A stretch of 64,000 nucleotides of DNA from an uncultured Clostridia bacterium (GCA_934167095.1 CAKPKE010000006.1:16481-80480), one strand, 5' to 3'. Positions 26,940 to 36,566 are shown, counted from the stretch's first letter. Program-made: numbers and translations. The notes: generated by a model not told the origin, from the letters alone.

Positions 26940-27359
26940 TTAAAAATTTTCTATAATAAGTTTTCTGTAATTTTCGTTTTCAAAGCTTCTGCTAAAAGTG
27001 ATTTTTGTATAATGTGTTAGCATGCTTTCAATCATTTCGCCCCATTCAAATATGCAAATTCCATTATGCAGATATTCTTCGCCACCCATTGCATAAAATT
27101 CAGAACTGTCAGCTAGTCTGTATAAGTCAAAGTGGTAAATATTAATATGTGAAGCATTATATTCATTCACAATATTAAAAGTAGGACTAGAAATTTCATT
27201 TTCTAATCCAAAATATTTTAGAACACCTTGAGTAAATTTTGTTTTTCCAGAGCCTAAATCTCCAGATAAAATTATTACAGAATCTTTATTAAGCGACTTT
27301 GCAAAATTGTAAGCAAAATCAATAGTTTCGTTTTCTGATTTTGAAATAAATTCGTTCAT
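26940..27359 (-). CDS. tsaE: tRNA t6A37 biosynthesis ATPase TsaE
   Basis: 139 aa: ILSGDLGSGKTKFTQG, HFDLYRL. Confidence 0.9.
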   Translation of the reverse strand: MNEFISKSENETIDFAYNFAKSLNKDSVIILSGDLGSGKTKFTQGVLKYFGLENEISSPTFNIVNEYNASHINIYHFDLYRLADSSEFYAMGGEEYLHNGICIFEWGEMIESMLTHYTKITFSRSFENENYRKLIIENF

Positions 27360-27566
27360 TTTTGTTCCTTTTTCTACAATTAAAATTTCAATTTGTATTT
27401 TATAACACTAGAGTTGATTTTGCAAGAATATTATCAAATTTAAGGAAAAAAATACACTTGAATAAATAAGAATATTAGGATAAAATGTAGAAAGAGGACG
27501 AAAATTTTAAAAATATAATAAATTCATCAAGTTTTTTGACTTGCAAGGAAGGAATGTAAGTGAAAA

Positions 27567-28769
27567 ATGAAAAATAAAATATATATGATTACTGTTATAA
27601 TTTCAATAATTGTGATGTCTACATTAATAATTTTTGCAAGTGTGGTAATAAAGAAAAAATATTTTGAAAACGAAGTTTTTGCAATGAGCTCAAATTATCA
27701 ATTAAAAGAAATTGAAAACAATGAATATAATATCAAAAATATAATTGAAGAAAATACAAAAGATAGCATTACAGAAACCTTAGAAAAAGAAGAAAGAGAT
27801 GTTGAATTTACTACAAAATATGTAAATTCTAGTTCGATTGCAACAGGAACCTACCAAGTTTTGCAAGACGGAATGGATGGAAAAGAAATTGTAACTACAA
27901 AGAAAAAATACATAAATGGTGAACTTGCTGAAGAAGAAATTGTAAGCACTAAACTTGTAAAATCTTCACTTGAAAAAATAGTTCAAGTAGGAACAGGACC
28001 AAGTTCATTAAAATATCAAATAAATGTAAATGACAAAATGTATGTAACATCTAGTCTTCTTCCAATTTATTCAGAAGCTGATAGAAATTCTACAAAAATT
28101 ATATCTGTAAATAAAAATGAGGAAGTTACAATACTTGAAATATCAGGTGACTTTGTAAAAGTAAAATATGGAAGTTATAAAGGTTGGGCACCAAAGGATT
28201 GCCTAACTAAAACAAATCCTACAAAAGGACAAGGAGAAGAAACAAAAGAAAGCTCAAAAGCAGAGCTTGCAAGTTCTTTAAGTAAAGATATGTTACTAAA
28301 TAAGCCGAGTGGATTGTCACTTGAACAATTTAAAAAAGTACTTACAGGAGATTCACAAGATAAAAGAAATGTGTTTAATGACAATTATCAATATTTTTAT
28401 TATGCAGAACAACAATATAATGTAAATGGAATATTTTTAGCAGCTGTTGCAATTCACGAAAGTGCTTGGGGAACATCAAAAATGGCTCAAAATAAAAATA
28501 ATCTATTTGGATATGGAGCTTATGACAGCAATCCGTCTGATAATGCTTATGTTTTTAAAAATGTTTCAGAAGGAATAGACCTTCTTGCAAGAGTTTTTGC
28601 AAAGTATTATTTAAATCCAAAAGGAACAGTGATTTATAATAATGAAAGAGCATCAGGAAGTCATTATAATGGGGCTACTGTTGCTGGTGTAAATAAACAT
28701 TATGCAACTGATACAAACTGGTCTAATGCAGTATTTAAGTGGATGCAGTATTTATACGGAAAAATATAG
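27567..28769 (+). CDS. secreted or anchored cell-wall hydrolase: G5-like + SH3-like + N-acetylglucosaminidase (LytD/FlgJ-type) domains
   Basis: N-terminal TM. G5-like segment is EFTTKYVNSS..GTYQVLQDGMDGKEIVTTKKKYINGE..VQVGTG. SH3-like segment is VTILEISGDFVKVKYGSYKGWAP. Glucosaminidase segment is GIFLAAVAIHESAWGTSKMAQNKNNLFGYGAYD. Confidence 0.75.
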   Translation: MKNKIYMITVIISIIVMSTLIIFASVVIKKKYFENEVFAMSSNYQLKEIENNEYNIKNIIEENTKDSITETLEKEERDVEFTTKYVNSSSIATGTYQVLQDGMDGKEIVTTKKKYINGELAEEEIVSTKLVKSSLEKIVQVGTGPSSLKYQINVNDKMYVTSSLLPIYSEADRNSTKIISVNKNEEVTILEISGDFVKVKYGSYKGWAPKDCLTKTNPTKGQGEETKESSKAELASSLSKDMLLNKPSGLSLEQFKKVLTGDSQDKRNVFNDNYQYFYYAEQQYNVNGIFLAAVAIHESAWGTSKMAQNKNNLFGYGAYDSNPSDNAYVFKNVSEGIDLLARVFAKYYLNPKGTVIYNNERASGSHYNGATVAGVNKHYATDTNWSNAVFKWMQYLYGKI

Positions 28770-28876
28770 AAAAAAATAAAAAAATAGTAAGTATTTCCTT
28801 GCTATTTTTTTATTTAAGTAGTAGAATATTATGTGTATATGTGAAAATTTGAAAATAGAAGAAAGGAATAAGCTAA

Positions 28877-29284
28877 ATGAAAAAAATAATTGCAGTACTA
28901 ACTATAATATTAAGCATGCTAACATGCATGACAGTTTACAATTATGCGGCAAATGATGTTCAAGAAGCAGAACAAACAACAACAGGAAAATTAATTGAAA
29001 TAAAAGAAAAAGAATTAAATACTCTAGAAGACTATAAAGAAGCTTATGGTTCTGATGCCTATGGTTTAACAGCTTTCTTATTAAATAAAATAAGAATATT
29101 TAGTATACCATTTTGTTTTGTAACTATAGTTATTGCAGGTATTTATCAATATATAATAGGAATCAGAAAACTTGATGTAAGAGATAAAGGTTTTGCATTA
29201 ATGATAAGTAGTATAACATTAGTTGTTATATGCCAAGTATTACCACTTGTGTTTGCTATAGTTGTAAGAGGTTGGAGGAGTTAA
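28877..29284 (+). CDS. small membrane protein (signal/anchor plus two TM helices)
   Basis: 135 aa with hydrophobic segments at the N-terminus and at aa ~65-130. Its stop lies 3 nt before the next ORF. Confidence 0.55.
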   Translation: MKKIIAVLTIILSMLTCMTVYNYAANDVQEAEQTTTGKLIEIKEKELNTLEDYKEAYGSDAYGLTAFLLNKIRIFSIPFCFVTIVIAGIYQYIIGIRKLDVRDKGFALMISSITLVVICQVLPLVFAIVVRGWRS

Positions 29285-29287
29285 CAA

Positions 29288-31777
29288 ATGAGAGTTTTAT
29301 TTGCTGTAAATAATGAAAAGGTTTCAGAAGCAATTATCAGAAAATATCAATCTATGTATAAAGAAATTATTTCTTGGAAAAATGTTTATTATTTCAACGC
29401 AATAATAAAAGAACTACAAAGAGATAAAACGTATGATAGAATAGTAATAGGCGAAGATTTAGAGGCTTATGCAAATAATAATTATGAAGTTATGGATAAC
29501 TTCTTATTTGATAGGCTAGACAGAATTAGTGATGAAGCAACTAATAGTAGTGGTGAGGATATTCCAATAATATTTATTGCAACAGATAGAAGAAATAAGG
29601 CAAATCCATTAATAATTAAATTGTTTGGAATAGGCATTTATAATGCACTTATTGGAAATGACAGAAGTTACGAAAATGTATGCAAATTAATAGGAAAACC
29701 AAGAACTAAAAAAGAAGCTAAAATATATTATGGTATAGATAGCGATGATGTTGAAGAATACTCAGGTGGAACATCTGATACAGTTCCAGAAAATGAACTA
29801 GAAAGTATTATAAGATATTTTAACAAACTTGGAAAAGACGAAGATAGATATGTAAAAAGCTTTGATGAAATTACAGCTCAATATACAGATAATCAATTAA
29901 GAATAATTGCAGCTAAATTACCATTAAGAGTAAAAGCTGTTCTTGAAGAAAGTTCTGATAAGTATAAGCAAGTAATGATTGGAAGTGTAAAAGGTCAAAT
30001 AAATAACATAAAGAAAAAAGAAGAAAATCAAATAACTTCAAGAAATATCTCTAGTCCTTCTGGAAGAAATGCAATAGGACTTATAAATCATCAACCAAGT
30101 GGAATAAAACCAACAAAACCAGTTGTAATTCCTGGAACGGTTGATGTAAAGAACGTAAAGAAAGTTTATCAAAAAACTACAACTCAATCACAAGTTCAAC
30201 CTGTAGAGCAAGTAACAAGAAAAGTAGAGTCTGTCCAACCAGCCCAAGAACCAATTGCTCAGCCTACTCCAAATATTGCTCAGCAAATACCACAAGTTGA
30301 GCCTATAATAGAAACTGAACCAATTGTAGAACAACCAAAAAGAGGCAGAGGTAGACCTAAGAAAGTTGTAGAAGAACCAGTACAAGAAATAGTTCCAGTT
30401 CAAGAACTAGAACCTGTAGAATTACCTATGGTAGAGGCAACAGAAGAACCAATGGTTAAACCAGAGCCTGTTGTAGAGCAACCAAAGAGAGGAAGAGGTA
30501 GACCTAAAAAGGTTGTTGATGAACAAATATCAATACAACAAATTCAACCACAACCACAAAGTGAACCTGTAAATTTATTTGATATGACAGAAGAGCCTCA
30601 AGAAGAAATTGAAGAGACTCCAAATTTGTTTGATATGCCAAGTGAAGAACCTCAAATCTTACCAGGATTTGAAGAAGAACCAGAGCCAATTCAAAATAAT
30701 AAATATGTGCCAGAAGTTGCAATGCCAATGCTAGAGCCAGAACCAGTTCAAAAATCAGTTGCAGAGCCAGAACCAATAAAAAATGAGCCTACACCAGTAA
30801 TACAAAATACATATAATACACCAATAAATAATATGGCTCCAAAAACAAATAGTTTACAAGCAACAAAAAATCAAGAAAAAGTTGATATATCTGGTCTTGT
30901 TGCACAAAATCAAAAAGTAGTAGCATTTGTAGGAACTTCAAAAAATGGAACATCATTCCTAGTAAATAATTTAGCAATGCTACTTTCTCAAAGAGGTATA
31001 AAAACAGCAATAGTAGATCTTACTAAAAATAGAAATTCATATTACATATATAACCAAAATGATGATACACTAAGAAGTAAATCTGCAAGATGTGCAGAAA
31101 ACCTTAAAAATGGAATAATTGATGGAATTGAAGTTAACAAAAATTTTACTGTATTCACAGGTGTTCCTGGAGAAAATGGAGATTTTGATGATTGTGCAGC
31201 AATTCTACCAACTTTACTAAGGGGAGAATTTTCTGTAATATTATTAGATTGTGATTTTGAAACAAATATAAATTATTTTGCTAATGCAACTGAAATATAT
31301 TTAGTTCAAACATTTGATATACTTACAATTCAACCATTAACAGCATTTTTAAATGATTTAAAATATAAAGGTGCAATAAATGAAAGTAAATTAAGAGTTG
31401 TAGTAAATAAATCTTTAAGACTAAAGAAATTAACAACAGATATGATTATAGGTGGAATTTCATGTTATAATGATCCAGCTTCAACATATCAAAATTCGTT
31501 ATTTAATAAAGCAACTATGAAATATGCAGAAATACCATTTGAAGAGCAAACTTATGCAAAATATCTTGAAAGATTAGCTGATTGTGAAGTAACATTAAAT
31601 GGATATTCAAAATATTTCTTAGATGCGCTTGCAAAACTTGCAGATATGGTATATCCACTAATTGCTAATAATACATATAGACAACAACCAAGAAATTATA
31701 ATGACTACAATAGCAATGCACAACCAGGATTTAGAAGAATGAATGATACGCTAAATAAAATGCGACAAAATTACTAA
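29288..31777 (+). CDS. pseudo-receiver-like N-domain + Pro/Glu/Gln-rich linker with two AT-hook motifs + ParA/MinD/CpaE-like domain with a degenerate P-loop
   Basis: VEQPKRGRGRPKKVV occurs twice. The C-terminus has VVAFVGTSKNGTSFLVNNLA (deviant Walker A position without GKT) and VILLDCDFE..LRVVVNKS (ParA-like beta strands). Confidence 0.6.
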   Translation: MRVLFAVNNEKVSEAIIRKYQSMYKEIISWKNVYYFNAIIKELQRDKTYDRIVIGEDLEAYANNNYEVMDNFLFDRLDRISDEATNSSGEDIPIIFIATDRRNKANPLIIKLFGIGIYNALIGNDRSYENVCKLIGKPRTKKEAKIYYGIDSDDVEEYSGGTSDTVPENELESIIRYFNKLGKDEDRYVKSFDEITAQYTDNQLRIIAAKLPLRVKAVLEESSDKYKQVMIGSVKGQINNIKKKEENQITSRNISSPSGRNAIGLINHQPSGIKPTKPVVIPGTVDVKNVKKVYQKTTTQSQVQPVEQVTRKVESVQPAQEPIAQPTPNIAQQIPQVEPIIETEPIVEQPKRGRGRPKKVVEEPVQEIVPVQELEPVELPMVEATEEPMVKPEPVVEQPKRGRGRPKKVVDEQISIQQIQPQPQSEPVNLFDMTEEPQEEIEETPNLFDMPSEEPQILPGFEEEPEPIQNNKYVPEVAMPMLEPEPVQKSVAEPEPIKNEPTPVIQNTYNTPINNMAPKTNSLQATKNQEKVDISGLVAQNQKVVAFVGTSKNGTSFLVNNLAMLLSQRGIKTAIVDLTKNRNSYYIYNQNDDTLRSKSARCAENLKNGIIDGIEVNKNFTVFTGVPGENGDFDDCAAILPTLLRGEFSVILLDCDFETNINYFANATEIYLVQTFDILTIQPLTAFLNDLKYKGAINESKLRVVVNKSLRLKKLTTDMIIGGISCYNDPASTYQNSLFNKATMKYAEIPFEEQTYAKYLERLADCEVTLNGYSKYFLDALAKLADMVYPLIANNTYRQQPRNYNDYNSNAQPGFRRMNDTLNKMRQNY

Positions 31778-31796
31778 CAAGAAGAGGTGATAATTT

Positions 31797-32885
31797 TTGA
31801 TAATACTTATAATACTATTATTAGTTGGAATAATAGTAGCACTTATGTTCTACAATATATCAATACATAAAAAAATAGATGCCTTTAAAAGTATAGATAA
31901 ACAAATTGAAAGCTTAAATGTTCTACAGGATTTCATGAATACTATTAGTGAAAACTCTTCTGCTGATGAAAAGCTAAGAAAAATAAATGATATTCTAATT
32001 GAAAAATATGGAATAAAATATTCAACAATAGTTGTATATAATGGTGCAGAATATGAAATTAAAGCATCAAATGTAGACCAAAAACATTGGGAAAATTTAA
32101 GAACTCTTCAACAAGAATCAATATTTGCAGATAGCATAGAAACTGCAACACCTAAATATATAACAGTAAATAATGAAGGTGAAAAACTTCCTTATCAAAA
32201 AATGGAAATGGGACGAGCAAAATCTGCAATGTTCTTTCCTATATATATAGACAATGTATATTTAGGATACTGGATAATTGAAGGTGGACAACCACATGAG
32301 TTTGATAATGTGGATACAACTATTTTGGAAGTTGTAAAAAATAATATAGTAGCTGTACTAAGGACAGTTGAAAATCAAAATATTGTAGAAAAAATTGTAC
32401 GAGATGATGAATATTCTGATCTAAAAACAGCAGAATATCTATATACAGAAGGTAAAAAGATAATAGATAAATATCCTGAATCAACAGTGTGTTTATTTAA
32501 AATTACAAATTTAGTAGAAGTAAATGAAAAAATAAGTAGAAAAACAGGTAACAAAGTAATATCAACAGTATGTAAAACTATAAAACAAGATTTAGCTGAT
32601 GAATACATATTTGTAAGATATATGGGACCTAAATTTGCAATAGTATTTTCAGGAATTGACATGAAAGCAGTTGCAGATTATATGGCAGGCGTGAAAGAAA
32701 AAGTTGAGTCACTTCAAATTGAACCTGCATCAGATTATGATGGAGAAGAAGAAAGTGTTTCACCAAAAATAAATATAGCTCTTGCCAAATACTATAAGGG
32801 AACACCACTTATAGGAGTTACAAAAAAACTTGAAGAATATATAAATACAGCTGAAAAAGGCGAAAGTAATATTAATTGTTTATAA
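31797..32885 (+). CDS. membrane-anchored GAF-like + degenerate GGDEF domain protein (MGPKF replaces GGDEF)
   Basis: TTG start with a GAGGTG RBS and an N-terminal TM. ..IFVRYMGPKFAIVFSG.. aligns with the RYGGDEF(A/I) signature. Confidence 0.6.
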   Translation: MIILIILLLVGIIVALMFYNISIHKKIDAFKSIDKQIESLNVLQDFMNTISENSSADEKLRKINDILIEKYGIKYSTIVVYNGAEYEIKASNVDQKHWENLRTLQQESIFADSIETATPKYITVNNEGEKLPYQKMEMGRAKSAMFFPIYIDNVYLGYWIIEGGQPHEFDNVDTTILEVVKNNIVAVLRTVENQNIVEKIVRDDEYSDLKTAEYLYTEGKKIIDKYPESTVCLFKITNLVEVNEKISRKTGNKVISTVCKTIKQDLADEYIFVRYMGPKFAIVFSGIDMKAVADYMAGVKEKVESLQIEPASDYDGEEESVSPKINIALAKYYKGTPLIGVTKKLEEYINTAEKGESNINCL

Positions 32886-32920
32886 ACTTACTCTAAAAAG
32901 AGTAATAGAATGGAGGTTTT

Positions 32921-33172
32921 ATGGTTACAGACGAAACAGTAAGCTTTAATGTAGAAAAGGAAAAAAACGAAAGGACTAAAGAAATATTAAAGCAAGTATA
33001 TAGTGCATTGTCAGAAAAAGGATATAATCCAATAAATCAATTAGTTGGATATATATTATCAGGGGACCCAACATATATTACAAGTCACAATAACGCAAGA
33101 AAGCTAATAAGACAAATCGAAAGAGATGAATTATTAGAAGAAATGGTAAAAACATATATAGGATTGGAATAA
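32921..33172 (+). CDS. ireB: IreB-family regulatory phosphoprotein (UPF0297)
   Basis: [53 protein letters not shown]. Confidence 0.9.
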   Translation: MVTDETVSFNVEKEKNERTKEILKQVYSALSEKGYNPINQLVGYILSGDPTYITSHNNARKLIRQIERDELLEEMVKTYIGLE

Positions 33173-33175
33173 TAA

Positions 33176-33595
33176 ATGAGAACACTAGGAATTGATTATG
33201 GAGATGCAAGAGTCGGATTAGCTATTACAGATCCGTTAGGAATAACAGCACAAGGATTAGAAACAATTCACCATCAAGGAAATGACAAAATTGTATTAAA
33301 AAGACTAGAAGAAATAATGAGCGAATATGAAATTGACACATTTGCAATCGGAATGCCTTTTAATATGAATGGAACTAAAACTGAAAGAGCTGAAGTAACT
33401 GAAAAATTTATACACAAACTAAAATGCAAATTTAATAAAATAAATATTGTACCAGTAGATGAAAGATTAACAACAGTTGCAGCACATAAAACAATGAACT
33501 TTTTAAATGTAAATAAACATAAAAAAAGAGATATTGTTGATACAATTTCTGCTGTCTACATATTAGAATCTTATATGAAAATGAATGAAAAATAA
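33176..33595 (+). CDS. ruvX: putative pre-16S rRNA nuclease / Holliday-junction-resolvase-like RuvX (YqgF)
   Basis: MRTLGIDYGDARVGLAITDPLG.., DERLTTVAA. Confidence 0.9.
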   Translation: MRTLGIDYGDARVGLAITDPLGITAQGLETIHHQGNDKIVLKRLEEIMSEYEIDTFAIGMPFNMNGTKTERAEVTEKFIHKLKCKFNKINIVPVDERLTTVAAHKTMNFLNVNKHKKRDIVDTISAVYILESYMKMNEK

Positions 33596-33690
33596 AAAGT
33601 TCTTAATATGCATCTAGTAAAACTAGATAAACAATAAAAGAAAAAGGAAAGGAGCGTATAGAAGTTTATAGCTTCTATACAAAAAATAAG

Positions 33691-33969
33691 ATGGATGAAA
33701 ATATAATAGTATTAAATGATGAAGAAGGAAAAGAGGTTAAATTTGAATTTTTAGATTTAATAGAACTTGATGATGAGGAATATGTAGTATTATTACCTGC
33801 TGACGAAGAATCTGATGAGCCAGGTGAAGTAGTAATATTAAAAGTTGAAGATACAGATTCAGATAGTGATGAAGAATCTTATGTTGGAGTAGAAGATGAA
33901 GAAGTTTTAAACAGAGTATTCCAAGCATTCAAAGATAAATTTAAAGATGAATTCGATTTTGTAGACTAA
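33691..33969 (+). CDS. DUF1292-family acidic protein
   Basis: Has the ..DEEGKEVKFEFLDLIELDDEEYVVLLP.. pattern and the conserved position after ruvX. Confidence 0.8.
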   Translation: MDENIIVLNDEEGKEVKFEFLDLIELDDEEYVVLLPADEESDEPGEVVILKVEDTDSDSDEESYVGVEDEEVLNRVFQAFKDKFKDEFDFVD

Positions 33970-33992
33970 TGAAAAAATAGGAGGAAAAAATA

Positions 33993-34457
33993 ATGCAAAA
34001 ATTTAGCACATGGATGATTTTAGCAATAGCAGTAGTATTTTGGATTTTAAGAATAATTGCTTCATATACAAATGCAATGGCAATAGATTTCATGGTAAAA
34101 CCAATAAATGAAGAAATAGAAATTGCTTTATTATTTGTTGCATTATTTTGTTTTGTATTAATAGCTAAAAGAAAGCTCTTAGGGATAATTGTATATATTG
34201 TAGCTTATTGGGGATATTTTGGAGCAGATTTAATTAAGGCAATAATGGATATAAATTCTCTAAGCTTTGATTATGTAAGTGCATTATTTTCACTAGTTGG
34301 AGTTGCGCTTCCGGCATTTGCTTTATTTGATTGGTTACTTGATAGAAATAAGCAAGTACATCCAGTTGATAAAAAAACAGATTGGTTTTATAAAAATAAG
34401 GAATATGACAGAAAACTAGATGAAAGAGCTGACAAAAATAATTATAGAACATTATAA
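33993..34457 (+). CDS. hypothetical 4-TM membrane protein
   Basis: ORF with a GGAGG RBS and four hydrophobic segments. Confidence 0.55.
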   Translation: MQKFSTWMILAIAVVFWILRIIASYTNAMAIDFMVKPINEEIEIALLFVALFCFVLIAKRKLLGIIVYIVAYWGYFGADLIKAIMDINSLSFDYVSALFSLVGVALPAFALFDWLLDRNKQVHPVDKKTDWFYKNKEYDRKLDERADKNNYRTL

Positions 34458-34463
34458 AATAAA

Positions 34464-34498
34464 AATGCTAAAGTATTTTTTTGCTTTAGCATTTTTTA
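34464..34498 (+). terminator. rho-independent terminator
   Basis: aatgctaaag / ctttagcatt stem followed by ttttt. Confidence 0.65.
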
Positions 34499-34522
34499 TA
34501 GTTCTAATTAAATATAAATATT

Positions 34523-34585
34523 ATAAAAAAGACCTGTGATAGGTTGCGACTGCTGTATAGCAGAGCTTTACCTATTACGGGTCCT
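34523..34585 (-). terminator. long branched hairpin terminator of the GC-richer gene 34599-34970
   Basis: gacctgtgataggt / acctattacgggtc arms with an inner ctgct/agcag stem. On the minus strand it is followed by ttttttat. Confidence 0.6.
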
Positions 34586-34598
34586 TTTGCAAGATGGT

Positions 34599-34970
34599 TT
34601 AGATTTGACCGATGTACTTAACTCCGTGCTCTTTGGTCTCAAAACAATGCTGGTCAATAATGGCCCAAATTATGCTATAAGGGCGTTGTAACTTAAGTAC
34701 TCGATTGTTTTCATGCGGGTTCATAGTAAGAAGTTTGTACTCGATGAGAGGAACATCTTGCGTACGGTTGATTTCAGAGTGAATCGTAAAAGATTCCACC
34801 TGAGGGATGATGTCAACTAACCGAGTTGCATTTTGATTGCAATCAGGGTACCATGAGATGATTTTTTTCATCTTGTCAAGGAAAACATTGCGGTCAATTG
34901 TGCCCAAGTAAGTAATACCATCTTCAGAATAGAAGAGCAGAATGCTTACAGGTGCTTTCTTTTCTTGCAT
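34599..34970 (-). CDS. hypothetical protein with foreign base composition (about 40% GC in a 120-nt hand count)
   Basis: Start placed at ATG 34970 (GGAGGT RBS 8 nt upstream; MQEKKAPVSILLFYSEDG..). Uses CGG as Arg. It has its own promoter-like TGTTATAAT and its own terminator. Confidence 0.6.
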   Translation of the reverse strand: MQEKKAPVSILLFYSEDGITYLGTIDRNVFLDKMKKIISWYPDCNQNATRLVDIIPQVESFTIHSEINRTQDVPLIEYKLLTMNPHENNRVLKLQRPYSIIWAIIDQHCFETKEHGVKYIGQI

Positions 34971-35020
34971 AAGCTGTACCTCCAATAATTTATTAAAAAA
35001 ATCAAAGGTAAGCTTAAATC

Positions 35021-35046
35021 AAACCTTTGACTTTTTTCAAAGGTTT
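35021..35046 (-). promoter_or_regulatory. perfect 10-bp palindrome (aaacctttga N6 tcaaaggttt) between the -10 box and the RBS of gene 34599-34970: operator or leader hairpin
   Basis: Direct reading. A third tcaaagg half-site lies at 35002-35008. Confidence 0.45.
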
Positions 35047-35228
35047 AAAAATAAATCTTTTGAAAAAATATTATAACACAAAATTTACCAATATACTAGT
35101 GATTATTATAAAAAAATGATATAATTCAAATTGATAAAAATTAATACAAATTAAAATAAGAAAAGATTAATGCATATTTTAATTCCGACCTAAATTAAGT
35201 AGTAAATATAAATGGAAAGGAAGTTGTA

Positions 35229-35831
35229 ATGAAAGAATTAGTTTTTGCAACAGGAAATCAAGCAAAAATAGCAAGATTTTTTGATAAGCTACAAAAGGAA
35301 GATATTAAACTAGAATCAATAAAAGAACTTAATATAAAACTAGATTGCGAAGAAAATGGAAAAAATGCTGTCGAAAATGCTTTAATTAAAGCAAGATGCT
35401 GTCATGAAAAGTGCAAGAATGCAGTAATTGGAATGGACGACACTTTGTACATGGAAGGAGTTCCAGAAGATAAACAACCAGGTCTATTTGTAAGAAGAGT
35501 TAATGGAAAAACTTTAAATGATGAAGAAATGATTGAACATTATAAAAATTTAGTGGATGAATATGGACAGGATGGAAAGATTAATTGTAAATGGATATAT
35601 GGTTTAGCAATAATTGATGAAACAGGAAAAGAAAGTACATATACTTGGGAAAAAGCTGATTTTTACATGGTTAACAAAGTTTCTGATAAAATTAATCCAG
35701 GTTATCCATTAAATTCTATATCAAAATATAAAAAATTAGATAAATATTTTACAGATATTACAGAGGACGAAAAAGAACGAATAAAAGTTGATGAGTCTGA
35801 TGTCATAAATTTTATAAAAAATCATATTTAA
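35229..35831 (+). CDS. Ham1/RdgB-family non-canonical purine NTP pyrophosphatase-like protein
   Basis: MKELVFATGNQAKI.., EENGKNAVENALIKAR, GMDDTL. Confidence 0.65.
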   Translation: MKELVFATGNQAKIARFFDKLQKEDIKLESIKELNIKLDCEENGKNAVENALIKARCCHEKCKNAVIGMDDTLYMEGVPEDKQPGLFVRRVNGKTLNDEEMIEHYKNLVDEYGQDGKINCKWIYGLAIIDETGKESTYTWEKADFYMVNKVSDKINPGYPLNSISKYKKLDKYFTDITEDEKERIKVDESDVINFIKNHI

Positions 35832-35840
35832 GGAGGGAGT

Positions 35841-36566
35841 ATGGATACAAAAATTTTTTTAAATCAAAATGTAAAAGTAATAATTGATAGAAAAATGGGA
35901 AGTAGACACCCAAAACACGGATTTATTTATCCTGTTAATTATGGTTTTATTCCTAATACTGTAAGTGGAGATGGAGAAGAATTAGATTGCTATGTTTTAG
36001 GTGTATTTGAACCAGTTGAAGAATTTGAAGGCAAATGTATTGCAATAATTCATAGACTAAATGATGATGACGATAAATTGGTAATAGTTCCTAATGACAG
36101 GAATTTTTCGAATAAAGAAATTGATGCATTAACAGAATTTCAAGAAAAATTCTTTAAGCATGTAATAATAAGAAATGATGTTGAATTTAATAGTTTAATA
36201 CCAGAACTAAGTGTATCAGACATAAATAAAAGCAAGGCATTTTATTTAAGTTTAGGATTTGAAGTAAAATATGAGAGAGTAGAAGATAAATTTTGCTTTT
36301 TACAGTTGGAAGAAAATCAAATCATGATTGAAGAAGAAAATGAAAACTGGAATGTTGGAAAACTAGAAAAGCCTTATGGTAGAGGAATAAATCTTAGCAT
36401 GGCAGTATCTGATGTAGAAAAAATGTATAATGAATTAAAAGATAAAAAAATAAAATTTTTTAAAGAGTTAGAAATTCATGAATATAGAGTAAATGAAAAA
36501 GTTTCAAAAGATATGGAATTTCTTATTCAAGATCCAGATGGATATTTACTAAGATTTAATAATTAA
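35841..36566 (+). CDS. fusion of a family-I inorganic pyrophosphatase-like domain and a VOC (glyoxalase/bleomycin-resistance) domain
   Basis: YPVNYGFIPNTVSGDGEELDCYVLGV is the PPase signature region. The C-terminal LIPELSVSDINKSKAFYLSLGFEV..IQDPDGYLLRF is VOC-like. Confidence 0.7.
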   Translation: MDTKIFLNQNVKVIIDRKMGSRHPKHGFIYPVNYGFIPNTVSGDGEELDCYVLGVFEPVEEFEGKCIAIIHRLNDDDDKLVIVPNDRNFSNKEIDALTEFQEKFFKHVIIRNDVEFNSLIPELSVSDINKSKAFYLSLGFEVKYERVEDKFCFLQLEENQIMIEEENENWNVGKLEKPYGRGINLSMAVSDVEKMYNELKDKKIKFFKELEIHEYRVNEKVSKDMEFLIQDPDGYLLRFNN

